A stretch of DNA of 63,334 nucleotides, the filler included. It is 8 parts of 8 records of this genome, joined end to end, with 100 filler letters (N's around TTAATTAATTAA, not from the genome) between each part and the next. Parts side by side here need not be neighbours in the genome. Positions count along the whole stretch, not along the records: positions 32,228 to 38,686 come from DRR723986_29777; positions 38,787 to 45,571 come from DRR723986_29781; 6 more parts are not named here. One strand, given 5' to 3'. Position numbers and translations under genes: made by a program. Within the stretch, counting starts at the first letter, position 1, and each line of letters begins with the position of its first letter. Below the pieces are notes generated by a model. The model did not search any database, had not been told where the DNA came from, and saw only the letters and a list, made by a program, of their open reading frames with translations. Shown in pieces: positions 32,632-45,671 of this stretch.

Positions 32632-33891
32632 CTAGAAATAGCGCGCAAACTCTAACTGAATATGCGAGTCATTGCGGAAATCGTACAGCAAGTCCGTACG
32701 CGGCGCTGAGAAATATCCATTCATTTCCAGGCTTAACTTAAATGCATCACCGATTCGGCGGCCGGCCTCCAGCCTTGCGGCCCCGGCTCCCGTATTACGA
32801 TCCACAAAAACGCCGGCCAGAATATCAGTGCTCTGCACATCATTAAACGCTACGCGTGTACCAAAAAAGAAGTCGTCATCAAAGGGCGTCGTTGCGGCCG
32901 TGCCGCGCTCATCAAAACTGTACTCGGCTATTAAACCGACATCCGTTCCGCTACGCCAGATATCGCCAAAAGTGTATTCAAACCCACCCGTCATCGCGTA
33001 AAAGCGGTCTGCCTGGCCACCGCGCGTGAGAGCTTCCAACTTAAACAGCCAGCCTTCAACCGTAGCCTGCACATCCAAACTGGTCTGGTTGATGATGACG
33101 TAGTGTGGTCTTAACTGCGGCAGTCCATTGGCATCACTCTCCAACAGCAAAACCGGTTCACGGCCCGTCCCGCTAAAGTGCGAAATCCCAAAGTCAAAAA
33201 CATCATAGTAATGTGACCAACGCAGTGCCCAGTCCACGTGCCATTCTGCAGCCGACGACTCATACGTGGCGCGATCTGTTAAAACTTGCAATCCAGGCCG
33301 CAGACGCCCGGAACTCCCGGCAAAGGTGCGCTCGCGGAATCCACTCATCAGAAAAGCATCCAGCGTCCCCCAATCCTGGATATAACTCAACTGCAGCATG
33401 GGCTGCCCCAGGTTGTCTTCACCATCAACACTTTCCAACTGGTCGGTTTGGTTAATGATATCTATCAAATGCTGTGATTCGGTAACACCCCAGAAAATCT
33501 GGCGCGCGCCAACGCGCAGTTCTATATCGCGCAGTACCAATTCGTAATACAGCTCGCGGACGTCCCAATGCGTGCGCTCTTCATCGTTCTGATCCCAGCG
33601 CATAAACGGCGAGAAGGTTATGCGCTGGTAGCCGTCATCCCACTCGTAAAACAATTCCGGCTGCAATGCCAGCGACGTGTTTTCGTGGCCAAACTGTCCA
33701 CTGTACGAACTCGACTGCGGGAAATAGCGCGCCTCAAGCGAGGCCGACCCTGCCAGCCCCAGGTCCAAAGCAATTGAGCCTCGCGGCACAACAACTGAGC
33801 CAAACGCCACAAGAACCAGAGTTAAGATCTGCATCTGCAGTCGTTCAGAATGTGTTCCAGCTTTCCATCCAAACATATACCACCAAAACAT
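32632..33891 (-). CDS. Outer-membrane beta-barrel protein associated with MMPL/LolA-like genes
   Basis: DVRELY, FWGVTES.HLIDIINQTD motifs; C-terminal ARYF; start uncertain. Confidence 0.8.
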   Translation of the reverse strand: MFWWYMFGWKAGTHSERLQMQILTLVLVAFGSVVVPRGSIALDLGLAGSASLEARYFPQSSSYSGQFGHENTSLALQPELFYEWDDGYQRITFSPFMRWDQNDEERTHWDVRELYYELVLRDIELRVGARQIFWGVTESQHLIDIINQTDQLESVDGEDNLGQPMLQLSYIQDWGTLDAFLMSGFRERTFAGSSGRLRPGLQVLTDRATYESSAAEWHVDWALRWSHYYDVFDFGISHFSGTGREPVLLLESDANGLPQLRPHYVIINQTSLDVQATVEGWLFKLEALTRGGQADRFYAMTGGFEYTFGDIWRSGTDVGLIAEYSFDERGTAATTPFDDDFFFGTRVAFNDVQSTDILAGVFVDRNTGAGAARLEAGRRIGDAFKLSLEMNGYFSAPRTDLLYDFRNDSHIQLEFARYF

Positions 33892-33915
33892 GTTAAACAG
33901 TTAATCAGTCAGTAA

Positions 33916-33962
33916 AGGGCCTCCCGCTTTCGAAGAAAATCTTCTCGGCTTTGGGAGGCCCT
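33916..33962. terminator. Intergenic stem-loop (terminator or mRNA stabiliser)
   Basis: AGGGCCTCCC...GGGAGGCCCT. Confidence 0.55.
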
Positions 33963-33985
33963 GCGACGCTCAAGGGCAATTCAAC

Positions 33986-34807
33986 CTATCTTGCACGTTT
34001 TAAGCTATTCTGGTCAAAATCCCGATCGCTTAGTTCATTCCCGAATTTGTAATTTTGCCATTCGAGCGTCGTACTTTTTCCCGTCTGATGGTTCACCATA
34101 TTCATCTCTCCAGCACGCCAGAACTTGCCAAGGTACTGTTTGTACTTCTTGTACAGCAGCGTTTTTAAGAGCGAGTTCTTGCGGTCGTAGAAATCGATTT
34201 TCTGAAAGAGATAGTTACTTTTATCAACCCAGACAACCTGCCGCGTATATCCCGATTTCGGATCAACGGGGTAACGTTCGATCACGTGGCAGTCCATACC
34301 GTTCAGCTTTTCCGCTTTAATGTATTTGTAGCTGTACTTTTCAACTTCCTGCGAGGAAATATCTTCGTATGCGAACTCACTGCCCATAAATGGACCGGAC
34401 TTGTTGTTTGACGCAATTCGCTTTACGCGTTTAACAGCCGGCAGGTACAGCCACTGATCATCCGTTTCAGTTTTATGACTGTAGGTCAGGAAGGCCGTGC
34501 CTTTAACATCGCGCGGCTGATCAAAGATCACCAGCGATTTATCTCCATCGCCGGCTACCTCCAGTGTTTTGTTGCGCAGACTGCGTTCGCTGGCCTCGCC
34601 GTGGCGATTGCGCAGAATCATGCGCAGATTGGCAGTATAGTCACCAAAACCCGTATCGCGCTTGTCAACTTCCTGCGCAATTTTGAGTCCTTCGGCTTCG
34701 GGCGTGGCGGCCCGGGCAGGCACCAGCCACAGTAGCATGGCAGCTAGTACGAGCGGCGTAATTGTTGGAATACGCGTAAAACGTTTATGTTTTGCAGAGT
34801 AATTCAT
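33986..34807 (-). CDS. Outer membrane lipoprotein-sorting (LolA-like) periplasmic protein
   Basis: PRDVKGTAFL, DDQWLYLPA.KRVKRI, SGPFMGSEF.YED; signal peptide. Confidence 0.9.
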   Translation of the reverse strand: MNYSAKHKRFTRIPTITPLVLAAMLLWLVPARAATPEAEGLKIAQEVDKRDTGFGDYTANLRMILRNRHGEASERSLRNKTLEVAGDGDKSLVIFDQPRDVKGTAFLTYSHKTETDDQWLYLPAVKRVKRIASNNKSGPFMGSEFAYEDISSQEVEKYSYKYIKAEKLNGMDCHVIERYPVDPKSGYTRQVVWVDKSNYLFQKIDFYDRKNSLLKTLLYKKYKQYLGKFWRAGEMNMVNHQTGKSTTLEWQNYKFGNELSDRDFDQNSLKRAR

Positions 34808-34896
34808 CTGTGTAGATTCCAAATAGTTTCAGGGCTGTGTATTATTATGTGTAGTTAGTATTCGTTTAAGTGCGGCGTTCAACCCGCAGCACATAT

Positions 34897-37269
34897 TCAA
34901 ACGGTTGCTGATGAACCCGTGCTGCTATTTAGCACCTGGTTTGCATCTGCATCCTTTTGTTTACGACCTTCAATCAACATCAGAATCGGCGGCAGGAAAA
35001 AGAAGTCGGCTACGAGTGCAATCAAAATCGTGATCGCAGTAAGTTTGCCCATACTTCCGTTTAAGTCAAAAGATGAGAGCGCCAGTATGCCAAAGCCAAT
35101 GCTTAGAACGACGGAAGTCACAACCAGTGCCATCCCGACGTTCGAAAATGCATAACGTACAGCGTCTTCGGAATTCAGTTTTTTCTCGCGACGTCCGCGA
35201 ATGTATTTGCTCAGGAAGTGCACGGTGTCATCCACCACAATTCCCAGCGTCATGCCTGTTACGATCGAAAGCCCAAGGTTAATCTGCCCAACCAACAGCC
35301 CCCATACACCAAATGCCATCGCAGCTGGTATCAGGTTCGGTATTAAACTTATCAGGCCAAATTTGGGACTGCGCAGCGCAATCAGCAGGCAGAGGGAAAT
35401 CAATATCAGCGCTAAAGTTGTTCCAATCAACATTCCCTGGATATTGCGATCAGAGACGTACGCGAACATTACACTTGAGCTGGCCGCTGACGTATGCATA
35501 GCTGCAGGCGCATTTTCAATCAGCCACTGTTCACCCGCCGTCGCCGCTTCACGAATCTCGCGCGAGCTTAAATCGTCCAGTGTCACGGTAAAGCGCGTAG
35601 CCGACTTATCGATGTTAACCTGATTGTTCAGATCCAGGCCGTATGGTAGCGAGAGCTCATAGAGCAACAAAAACTGGGCGGCCATGTCGCGATTGTCGGG
35701 TACGCGATACCACGACTGCTGGTCTGCATGCATACTCTTGTTAACACGTTTCATGACTTCACTGAAAGACGCCACGTGTGTAACGTAGGGTTGCTTGCGG
35801 TACCAGGCTGCAAATTCCTCAAGCGTTTGTAGGTACTCCGGATTGCTGATGCCGCCGCTCTCACCGGATTCCAGCGAAAACTCAACCTGATAAATGCCTG
35901 TTAAATTCTCGGCCGCAAAATCTGAATCGGTACGAAAGGAAATGCTTTCGTCAAAATAGTCCACAAACTGGTCGTTGAGTTCGTTCTGGCTTACCATCGC
36001 AACGAGTACAATCACTACCAGGGACGAGCCCCACAGCAGAACTTTACGCCGGCCAATTACAAACTCTGCGATTCGCTCCATTACCCCCAACTTTGCGCTT
36101 TGCGGACGTTGTTTTACTTTCACCGGCAGAATCGCCATCAGTGCAGGAAGGAATAGAACGGAATAGACAAACGCGGCAATCACACCGGCGGCCGTAATAT
36201 TACCCAGGTGATGAAATGGCGGAGCATCGCTAAAATTCATGCTCAGGAAACCAATTGCCGTAGTAACGCTGGTCAGGAATACGGGCGCCATGTTAACGCG
36301 CAGACTCTCCCTGATTGCCGCGTACTTATCACGCCCCAGGCGCATTTCACGCAGCATCGCCAGCAGGATGTGCACACAGTCTGCAATGGCGATGGTCATT
36401 ATCATCGTGGTTGCATTAGCCGAAGGCGGCGTCAAGCCTACCTTAAACCAACCGGCAAAGCCCATGGCAATCAGCGTGGAAAACGTAATCACGCTAAACG
36501 TTGCCAGCGTAGCACTAAATGATCGCAAAAGCGCGACCATGACAATGAAGATGAACAGGTACATCAGCGGTACGAGTGTCATCATGTCACTCATCCCTGC
36601 TTCGGAGAAAGCATTGTTTAGCATCACCGTACCCGTCAGGTAGGTTTTGATGCCCGGATACGTATGCTCCAGGTCCTGCGCCATCTGCCGTGCATGTGCA
36701 ACTGCCTCCGGGATTTCCATCATGGACTCACCCGGCAATTGCAGCGTAATGTTAACTGCCGCAACTTTGGAGTCGGCAGCTACCAGGCGTTTGTACAGGG
36801 CAGGTTCTGCCAATGTAATTGCCCTGCGCGCTTCAACTTGAGACTGCGACATCCCCGCTGCATTTTCAAACAGGTCGGCTACCAACAGGTCATCTTCATT
36901 GGCCTCCGTATGCTGAAAGTTCGTTATGCCGTCAACGCGAATTGCAAATGGTACCTGCCACGACAAGTTTGTTAACTCTTCCATCGCCATGAGCGACATG
37001 GAGGAAAACGCATCACCTTCATCGGGCGCAACTACAATCAGAATGTTATCATTTTTAGTATAAACATCCTGCATTTCCTCAAAAGCCAACAGCTGTGGAT
37101 TTTCATCGCTGAAAAATGCTCGATAGTCGGTATCGAACCACAACTGTCCCGCGCCAACTGACACGGCAATGGCGAATAAACTACCAATTATTACAATTGG
37201 CCAGCGTCGCCGTAAAACCCACTCGTTATATTTCTGTAGGTTTTGTTCAAAAGTACTTGGCTCAGTCAC
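34897..37269 (-). CDS. MMPL family RND transporter
   Basis: Two RND halves; TIAIADCVH, GIVVDDTVHFL, FLTSVTTAIGF. Confidence 0.92.
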   Translation of the reverse strand: MTEPSTFEQNLQKYNEWVLRRRWPIVIIGSLFAIAVSVGAGQLWFDTDYRAFFSDENPQLLAFEEMQDVYTKNDNILIVVAPDEGDAFSSMSLMAMEELTNLSWQVPFAIRVDGITNFQHTEANEDDLLVADLFENAAGMSQSQVEARRAITLAEPALYKRLVAADSKVAAVNITLQLPGESMMEIPEAVAHARQMAQDLEHTYPGIKTYLTGTVMLNNAFSEAGMSDMMTLVPLMYLFIFIVMVALLRSFSATLATFSVITFSTLIAMGFAGWFKVGLTPPSANATTMIMTIAIADCVHILLAMLREMRLGRDKYAAIRESLRVNMAPVFLTSVTTAIGFLSMNFSDAPPFHHLGNITAAGVIAAFVYSVLFLPALMAILPVKVKQRPQSAKLGVMERIAEFVIGRRKVLLWGSSLVVIVLVAMVSQNELNDQFVDYFDESISFRTDSDFAAENLTGIYQVEFSLESGESGGISNPEYLQTLEEFAAWYRKQPYVTHVASFSEVMKRVNKSMHADQQSWYRVPDNRDMAAQFLLLYELSLPYGLDLNNQVNIDKSATRFTVTLDDLSSREIREAATAGEQWLIENAPAAMHTSAASSSVMFAYVSDRNIQGMLIGTTLALILISLCLLIALRSPKFGLISLIPNLIPAAMAFGVWGLLVGQINLGLSIVTGMTLGIVVDDTVHFLSKYIRGRREKKLNSEDAVRYAFSNVGMALVVTSVVLSIGFGILALSSFDLNGSMGKLTAITILIALVADFFFLPPILMLIEGRKQKDADANQVLNSSTGSSATV

Positions 37270-37388
37270 CAGCTCACTCCGCGGATGATATGTTAATGTG
37301 TTTGTATGCTCGCTTGGATGCTTTCAAAATTGATGTGTGACAGTTCTTTTGAAACTTTCTTTAGAAATTCGAATCAACTGCCAACATC

Positions 37389-37629
37389 AGCAACCAAGTT
37401 GGTTACATTTAAGGTTTCAGACTCGTGCATCTGGATGCATGTACACAGATGCCCTACAAACTGCAACCATACCAGTTACATTTGCAGTCCTGGTATTAAA
37501 CAATGCGAATAGTTTCGGCAGTAGAACACCGAGCAGAAATTCACATTTTGCGAATCATACTCAATCAGGCATAATTACTTGTGGCCTGCAATATGCATTT
37601 TAAAACAATCCGTAACAAGAGCAGTTACA
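37389..37629. promoter_or_regulatory. Three Rrf2-type operators upstream of the MMPL gene
   Basis: AGCAAC-N7-GTTACA 37389-37407; TGCAAC-N7-GTTACA 37462-37480; CGTAAC-N7-GTTACA 37611-37629; each followed by TTT. Confidence 0.75.
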
Positions 37630-37789
37630 TTTATGTTAATATTTTTTGGGAGAGAATCACTTCTCCACCCAATCATTTTTCGCGGTCATTCTATGCGCGC
37701 GGCACAGCATCAACGCGCAGGCAAAACCATGCCAAGGTCCGGCATTAATCAAATGCTCTTCAGCAAAGTTATACTGAATCCGCCGTGCT

Positions 37790-38248
37790 TCAGGATAGAA
37801 AAGCCCAACGTTTTTTGCCACGCTCACGCATTTCAAATGCAATATCTTGCAGACTGTATTCACTCAGGACTTCACTCACCGCCGCATCAGCACGATCAAC
37901 TACCCGCTGCATTATATCCAGGATACAACAGCCAACCGGACAATCTGTGTTGGGCGACTTGTAATGAAAATGAAACAACTGCCCAGATTCGACCGCCCGA
38001 TAAATATCAAGTAGCGAAATCTGTTCCGGCGGACGGCTCAAGGTTGAGCCACCGTCAGCGCCCTGAATGGACGTCACGAGGCCTGCATCCCGCATCACAC
38101 CTAAAATCCGGCGAATCACGACCGGATTGGTATTAACACTTTCAGCCATTTTGGAGGACGTCACACAGGCTTCAGCACCCGTCATCTTCCCCAGCGCCAG
38201 GCCGGACATAATATGCACGGCAACGGCAAATCGGCTAGACTTATTCAT
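37790..38248 (-). CDS. Rrf2 family transcriptional regulator (YwnA/SifR-like)
   Basis: SSRFAVAVHI, SVNTNPVVIRRI, ISLLDIYRAVE, PNTDCPVGCC. Confidence 0.92.
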   Translation of the reverse strand: MNKSSRFAVAVHIMSGLALGKMTGAEACVTSSKMAESVNTNPVVIRRILGVMRDAGLVTSIQGADGGSTLSRPPEQISLLDIYRAVESGQLFHFHYKSPNTDCPVGCCILDIMQRVVDRADAAVSEVLSEYSLQDIAFEMRERGKKRWAFLS

Positions 38249-38265
38249 AGAATCCCTTTCTCGAC

Positions 38266-38284
38266 TGTAACTAAGTTGGTTACA
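38266..38284. promoter_or_regulatory. Rrf2 autoregulatory operator
   Basis: TGTAAC-TAAGTTG-GTTACA, 17 nt upstream of the Rrf2 ATG. Confidence 0.8.
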
Positions 38285-38786
38285 CCGGGCGTCATGTGCA
38301 AGCTATTTTTGAATAATCCTCGTTTCTGAGTGAATATCGGCGATTCTCTAACTAGAGTTGACTCGTCTACAGACAACACATGGGTGCGATATACGCTCAA
38401 TTCTGTGACCTGACAGCTCCAATTTTCTGTCAGCTCCAGTCTTTACGGTTTTGGAAAAAGGCAGTGGACTACCATTCTGAGCGCTTCGCCTTCTGCGCCA
38501 TTCGGCTTGTGGCTTGCTGTTTTTTTTTGTTAGGCACTGAGCCACAAACTGGAGGCAATAGAAACAATCAGTCTTTTTGCCGGATGTCGCGGAGTCATTC
38601 CGCCACAAATCTGTCCACAGTTTCAGAGTTTTCGAGTTCAAATTGTCGTTGGCTGGCTTGAAGCATTCGCGAGTTATTGCCGTTCANNNNNNNNNNNNNN
38701 NNNNNNNNNNNNNNNNNNNNNNNNNNNNNNTTAATTAATTAANNNNNNNNNNNNNNNNNNNNNNNNNNNNNNNNNNNNNNNNNNNN

Positions 38787-41148
<2,362 letters not shown>

Positions 41149-41243
41149 CACACACATAGTCCACAGGTTCGCGGGAGCAAGGCTTGTGCTCCGAAGTGAG
41201 GGATGAGGTGTTTGCTCACTAGCGGCGTCTTACCTTCTGCGAC

Positions 41244-41948
41244 ATGAGTATCAAACGCACGCTGTGGGATTTTCTCGACAACTCTCCCGCGCCACCGGCG
41301 GTGGCAGATAGCACCGATGAGGATGTGGAGGGCGTCTATTTTGAGCAAGCACGCACTCGAACTCGATGGCGCGTGGGAATTACCGCTGCACTAGCTCTGG
41401 GCGCGCTTCTCGTCCTTATCGCTATCGGGGGTTACTTCGTCTCTAGTATGAACACCCCAGCGATCGTTCTTCCCGAGCCCGATAGCTCGGGTGTTGACAC
41501 GGCTGGCAACCCCCAGCCCGGTGGTGACAGGCCAACCTCGCAGGTAACAGTCCATGTGGTGGGGGCGGTGGAGAAACCAGGTGTTGTGACTTTGAACGCC
41601 CCATCCCGGGTTCAAGATGCTCTGGAAGCAGCCGGGGGCGCATTGCCCGAAGCCGAGCTCTCCGGGGTCAATCTTGCCCGCGAACTATTTGATGGGGAAC
41701 AAATAGTGGTTCCCGCCCAGGGTGAGGACGTGGTGAGCACGGGAGGCCTCAGTGGCGGTCTCGTGAGTCTTTCCCGCGCTAGCTCCGCCGAGCTCCAAGA
41801 GCTACCTCGGGTCGGTCCACACACCGCGGAGCGCATCATTGACTGGAGAGAAACGCACGGTCCCTTTCGCAGCGTCGAGGACCTCTTGGCCGTATCGGGC
41901 ATCGGGCCTGCCACTCTTGAGGGGCTTCGAGATCTTGTGACCCCGTGA
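41244..41948 (+). CDS. comEA: Competence DNA-binding protein ComEA
   Basis: TM helix, SLBB (VHVVGAV..PGV) and HhH motifs (LPRVGP, VSGIGP). Confidence 0.92.
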   Translation: MSIKRTLWDFLDNSPAPPAVADSTDEDVEGVYFEQARTRTRWRVGITAALALGALLVLIAIGGYFVSSMNTPAIVLPEPDSSGVDTAGNPQPGGDRPTSQVTVHVVGAVEKPGVVTLNAPSRVQDALEAAGGALPEAELSGVNLARELFDGEQIVVPAQGEDVVSTGGLSGGLVSLSRASSAELQELPRVGPHTAERIIDWRETHGPFRSVEDLLAVSGIGPATLEGLRDLVTP

Positions 41949-44266
41949 GTGCATCCGCACCCTTGGTCGAGGGTCGGGATCTGCGCATGCTGGTGCCGGC
42001 GCTGATGGGGTGGCTTACCTGCGCGCTGGCGATTTGGCTACGCCCGAGCGGTGTGGTGGTCCTTGCCGTTATCGCCGTGACGCTCGGATTATGGCTCGCC
42101 ACACGCTCGCATCCCACCGGGAAGCTGGCATTGGTAGTGCCCAGCGCTGTCATCACCGCGGTCATGCTCGTTTCGGTGTTGTTGGGGGCCGTGGCGCGAG
42201 AACAGGAAGCGCTAGAGCGCGTGGAAGATTCAGACGTCACCGCGATGATTCGACTTACCAAGACCTTCACTCCTTCCATGACCACGGTTCCAGGGGAGCT
42301 GGTGGCGATGGAGGATAAGGAATTATATCGAGGGTCGACGCCTATTCGGTTAGTGGGGCTTGCCCTAGAAAACAGAGCAGCTTTGGGCTCTACTGTGCAG
42401 GTCTCTGGATACGTGCAGCGAGCTCACCCGTGGGAGAAAACCGGGTGGGTGCTGATGGTGAATTCTGATGACGTTCACATCCAGCCACCGGGGTGGTTTC
42501 TCGCGGGGACTGATTCGCTCCGGGTGTCCTTTCTGGAGCGATCCCTGCAACGACCAGGCGATGGGGGAGAACTATTGCCAGGCTTAGCGCTGGGAGACAC
42601 CTCTGCCGTGGACCGGGGTTTGGTCGAAGCGATGCGTGCCATGTCGCTGTCTCATTTAGTCGCGGTATCGGGAGCGAATTGCGCCATCGTGGTGGCCTTG
42701 GTTGTTGCCCTAGTTGCCCTCTTCGGCGGGGGGCTGTGGGTTCGCATGGTCGCGGGGGTTCTCGCACTGGTCGGCTTTGTCGTCCTGGTCACGCCCGAGC
42801 CCAGCATCATCAGGGCCTCCATCATGGCCTCGATTGTGTTGGTATGTCTTGCTTCTGCGAGACCCGTTCGGGGGATTCCGGTGTTGGGTGTGACGGTCTT
42901 GGTTCTCCTGGCACTCGATCCGTGGCTGGCCTTGGATTTTGCCTTTGCCCTCTCAGTAGTCGCCACGGGAGGGATTTTGTTGCTCACCGGCCCTGTGACC
43001 ACAAAGCTCTCCCGGTTCATGCCCTCAGGCCTAGCTCTTGTGCTTGCGGTGCCACTGGCGGCGCAAATAGCGTGCCAACCGATTCTGATTCTGCTCAACC
43101 CCATCATTCCTCTCTGGGCAGTAGTGGCCAATGCGGTGGCAGCACCCGCCGCCCCCGTGGCGACCATTTTGGGGATGGTGGCGTGCCTGGTAGGCCCTGT
43201 GAGTGCTTCCGTGGCTGAGGCCATCATTGCCCTCGCGTGGTGGCCTTCTGCCTTTATTGCTGCCACGGGGCGCACGCTGGCAGCAACGGAGTTATCGACC
43301 ATTCCGTGGCCTGCTGGGTGGTGGGGAGCTCTCACGTTGGCGCTCGTGGGGTATTGCTCCCTTGCTGCGGTGTTGCTGGCCCCGGGGCGCACGCCTTGGC
43401 TGCGCCCAGCGTTGGTCGCAGTGGCTCTCACCACGGCATCGATGGTGGTGGCAAGTTTTGTCGTTCCGCAGGTGGTGATGAAAGCGTCGCTTCCCAGGGA
43501 CTGGCAGATCGTTCAATGTGATGTGGGACAAGGCGATGCGGTGGTAATCCGATCTCAGAAACACATAGCTCTCATTGACACTGGGAAAAAATCGGCCCTG
43601 CTCACCCAGTGTTTGGATTTTTTAGGGATCAACAGGATCGATGTGGCGGTGATTACCCACTTCGATTTAGACCATGTGGGAGGGTGGCCAGCCATTTCCG
43701 GGCGGGTGGACACCGTATGGATCGGAAGTACGTCAGGCCGCGACGAGCGCGACATTGCCCTCTCTCTTGCGCAAGCGGGCGCCAGGATTCAAGAGGTGAC
43801 CGCCGGGGATTCCACACAGCTGGGTGATTATCGCCTTGATGTCCTCTGGCCGGTGGGAACTGGATTTTCTGACCCCGGAAATGACTCGAGTGTGGTGGTG
43901 GCGTTATCGGCAGCCACGGGATGTGAGCAGTGCCTCAGTGGCTTGTTTTTAGGGGATCTGGGAGAGAAGCCCCAGCGGATACTCCACGGGAGGCACAAAT
44001 TGGTATCGGTGGACGTGGTGAAAGTGAGCCATCATGGCTCGGCGGATCAATTCGTCGGTCTCTATCAAACGCTTCGGGCGAGGGTGGGATTGGTGGGGGT
44101 GGGAGCGGATAACACCTATGGTCATCCCACCACTCGGGCCTTAGATATTTTGCGCAGCAGTGGAACTACGGTGTTTCGATCTGATCTTCACGGGATGGTT
44201 GCTCTGGGTCGCAATCCAGAGGGAAAGCTTGTGGTGTGGTCGGCTAAATCTGCGATGCCTCGATAG
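41945..44266 (+). CDS. comEC: ComEC/Rec2 DNA uptake channel
   Basis: SHLVAVSGAN, DVGQGD, THFDLDH, KVSHHGS, NTYGHP. Confidence 0.93.
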   Translation: MSASAPLVEGRDLRMLVPALMGWLTCALAIWLRPSGVVVLAVIAVTLGLWLATRSHPTGKLALVVPSAVITAVMLVSVLLGAVAREQEALERVEDSDVTAMIRLTKTFTPSMTTVPGELVAMEDKELYRGSTPIRLVGLALENRAALGSTVQVSGYVQRAHPWEKTGWVLMVNSDDVHIQPPGWFLAGTDSLRVSFLERSLQRPGDGGELLPGLALGDTSAVDRGLVEAMRAMSLSHLVAVSGANCAIVVALVVALVALFGGGLWVRMVAGVLALVGFVVLVTPEPSIIRASIMASIVLVCLASARPVRGIPVLGVTVLVLLALDPWLALDFAFALSVVATGGILLLTGPVTTKLSRFMPSGLALVLAVPLAAQIACQPILILLNPIIPLWAVVANAVAAPAAPVATILGMVACLVGPVSASVAEAIIALAWWPSAFIAATGRTLAATELSTIPWPAGWWGALTLALVGYCSLAAVLLAPGRTPWLRPALVAVALTTASMVVASFVVPQVVMKASLPRDWQIVQCDVGQGDAVVIRSQKHIALIDTGKKSALLTQCLDFLGINRIDVAVITHFDLDHVGGWPAISGRVDTVWIGSTSGRDERDIALSLAQAGARIQEVTAGDSTQLGDYRLDVLWPVGTGFSDPGNDSSVVVALSAATGCEQCLSGLFLGDLGEKPQRILHGRHKLVSVDVVKVSHHGSADQFVGLYQTLRARVGLVGVGADNTYGHPTTRALDILRSSGTTVFRSDLHGMVALGRNPEGKLVVWSAKSAMPR

Positions 44267-44307
44267 TCTGGCGGGGAAGGCTTTACGAACTTGCGCGAGG
44301 AGGAGCT

Positions 44308-45312
44308 GTGGCGTCATCAAGTGCCCCGATTGTTCCCTGGCACGGCATTAGAGAAGCCCCGATTGTCTTGGTGTCGGGCCCGGAAAGCTTCCTCGCCGAT
44401 CGTGCGATTCGGATCTTAAGCGACCGGATGAAGTCAGCGGAATCTGGTGTGGAAGTCAGTGAACTGGATGCCTCAGCGTATTCGCCCGGTGAATTGATTC
44501 AGCGCGCGAGCCCCAGTTTGTTTGGCGAACCTCGCCTTATTCGAGTGAGCGCCGTGGAAAAATGTTCCGACCCTTTTCTCGAAGACGCACTGAACTATCT
44601 GGAAAATCCTGAATCAGATGTGGTCGTGGTGTTGCGTCATAGCGGCGGAAACCGCGGCAAAAAGCTTCTCGACGCCCTCAAGGCAGCTGGAAACACCGTG
44701 CTGGTGGTGGAGTGCAAAGAAATTAAAAAAGACGCTGATCGGATGTCGTTTCTTTCTGGAGAGTTTCAGCGCTCAGGTCAGAAAATTGACCCGGCAGCAC
44801 TGCGAGCCCTGGGAGACGCTTTTAGTTCTGACCTGGCGGAACTAGCCAGCGCGGCCCAGCAACTCATTGCCGATGTCGAAGGCCAACCCATCACCGTCGA
44901 GACCATAGGGCGCTATTACGGATCGCGGGTCGAAGCGACGACCTTCCAGATTGCCGATAAAGCGATTGCGGGGCATTATGCCCAAGCACTGGTGCTGTTG
45001 CGCTCAGCCCTTAATTCAGGCGCAGAACCCGTTCTGGTGGTCGCTGCTTTTGCGACCAAACTGCGCCAGATGGCTCTGGTGGGGGGCGCAAAGGGGAGCA
45101 CAGACGCGATTGCCGCGGAGTTGGGTATGGCGCCCTGGCAAGCCCGGGCTGCCAGGGGAAGCCTTCAAGGGTGGGATGAAGCAGGGCTCGGGGCGGCCTT
45201 TATGGAAGTGGCCACGGCAGATGCCGCAGTCAAGGGGGCTAGTTCTCACCCGCACTATGCCCTGGAACACATGGTGGAAGTGGTGGCGCACCGCGGTAAA
45301 TCTGCCGCGTAG
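44308..45312 (+). CDS. holA: DNA polymerase III subunit delta
   Basis: SPSLFGE motif; conserved comEC-holA order; GGAGG RBS. Confidence 0.9.
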   Translation: MASSSAPIVPWHGIREAPIVLVSGPESFLADRAIRILSDRMKSAESGVEVSELDASAYSPGELIQRASPSLFGEPRLIRVSAVEKCSDPFLEDALNYLENPESDVVVVLRHSGGNRGKKLLDALKAAGNTVLVVECKEIKKDADRMSFLSGEFQRSGQKIDPAALRALGDAFSSDLAELASAAQQLIADVEGQPITVETIGRYYGSRVEATTFQIADKAIAGHYAQALVLLRSALNSGAEPVLVVAAFATKLRQMALVGGAKGSTDAIAAELGMAPWQARAARGSLQGWDEAGLGAAFMEVATADAAVKGASSHPHYALEHMVEVVAHRGKSAA

Positions 45313-45315
45313 AAA

Positions 45316-45571
45316 CTAGGTGTTTAGCGCCGTCGTGAGCCGTCCATCGCCGTAGTTGGCGCGAACTTCCGAAATCACAATCTGGTAGCCGTCGTACCAT
45401 TTCGCATATTTTTCTTTAGCTTCGAGGTGCTGTGGGAACGCGGAAAACTCTTTTACCGTGGCCATATCGGTGAAGTAGTAGACCGAGTTGCGAACCGTGC
45501 GGTCTTCGGAGAACCAGCGATCGACCCCCACGTAGCCCTCTAGCGAGGTGGCAAAGGCATCAATCTCGCCA
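45316..45571 (-). CDS. Antibiotic biosynthesis monooxygenase-like protein, 5' truncated
   Basis: GYVG..., NSVYYF, HLEAK..Y.KWY pattern; frame open to contig edge. Confidence 0.6.
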
Positions 45572-45671
45572 NNNNNNNNNNNNNNNNNNNNNNNNNNNNN
45601 NNNNNNNNNNNNNNNTTAATTAATTAANNNNNNNNNNNNNNNNNNNNNNNNNNNNNNNNNNNNNNNNNNNN

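Noticed and set aside
37579-38136. 185-aa plus-strand ORF
   Set aside because: Overlaps the Rrf2 gene antisense and one of the operators; no protein-like features.
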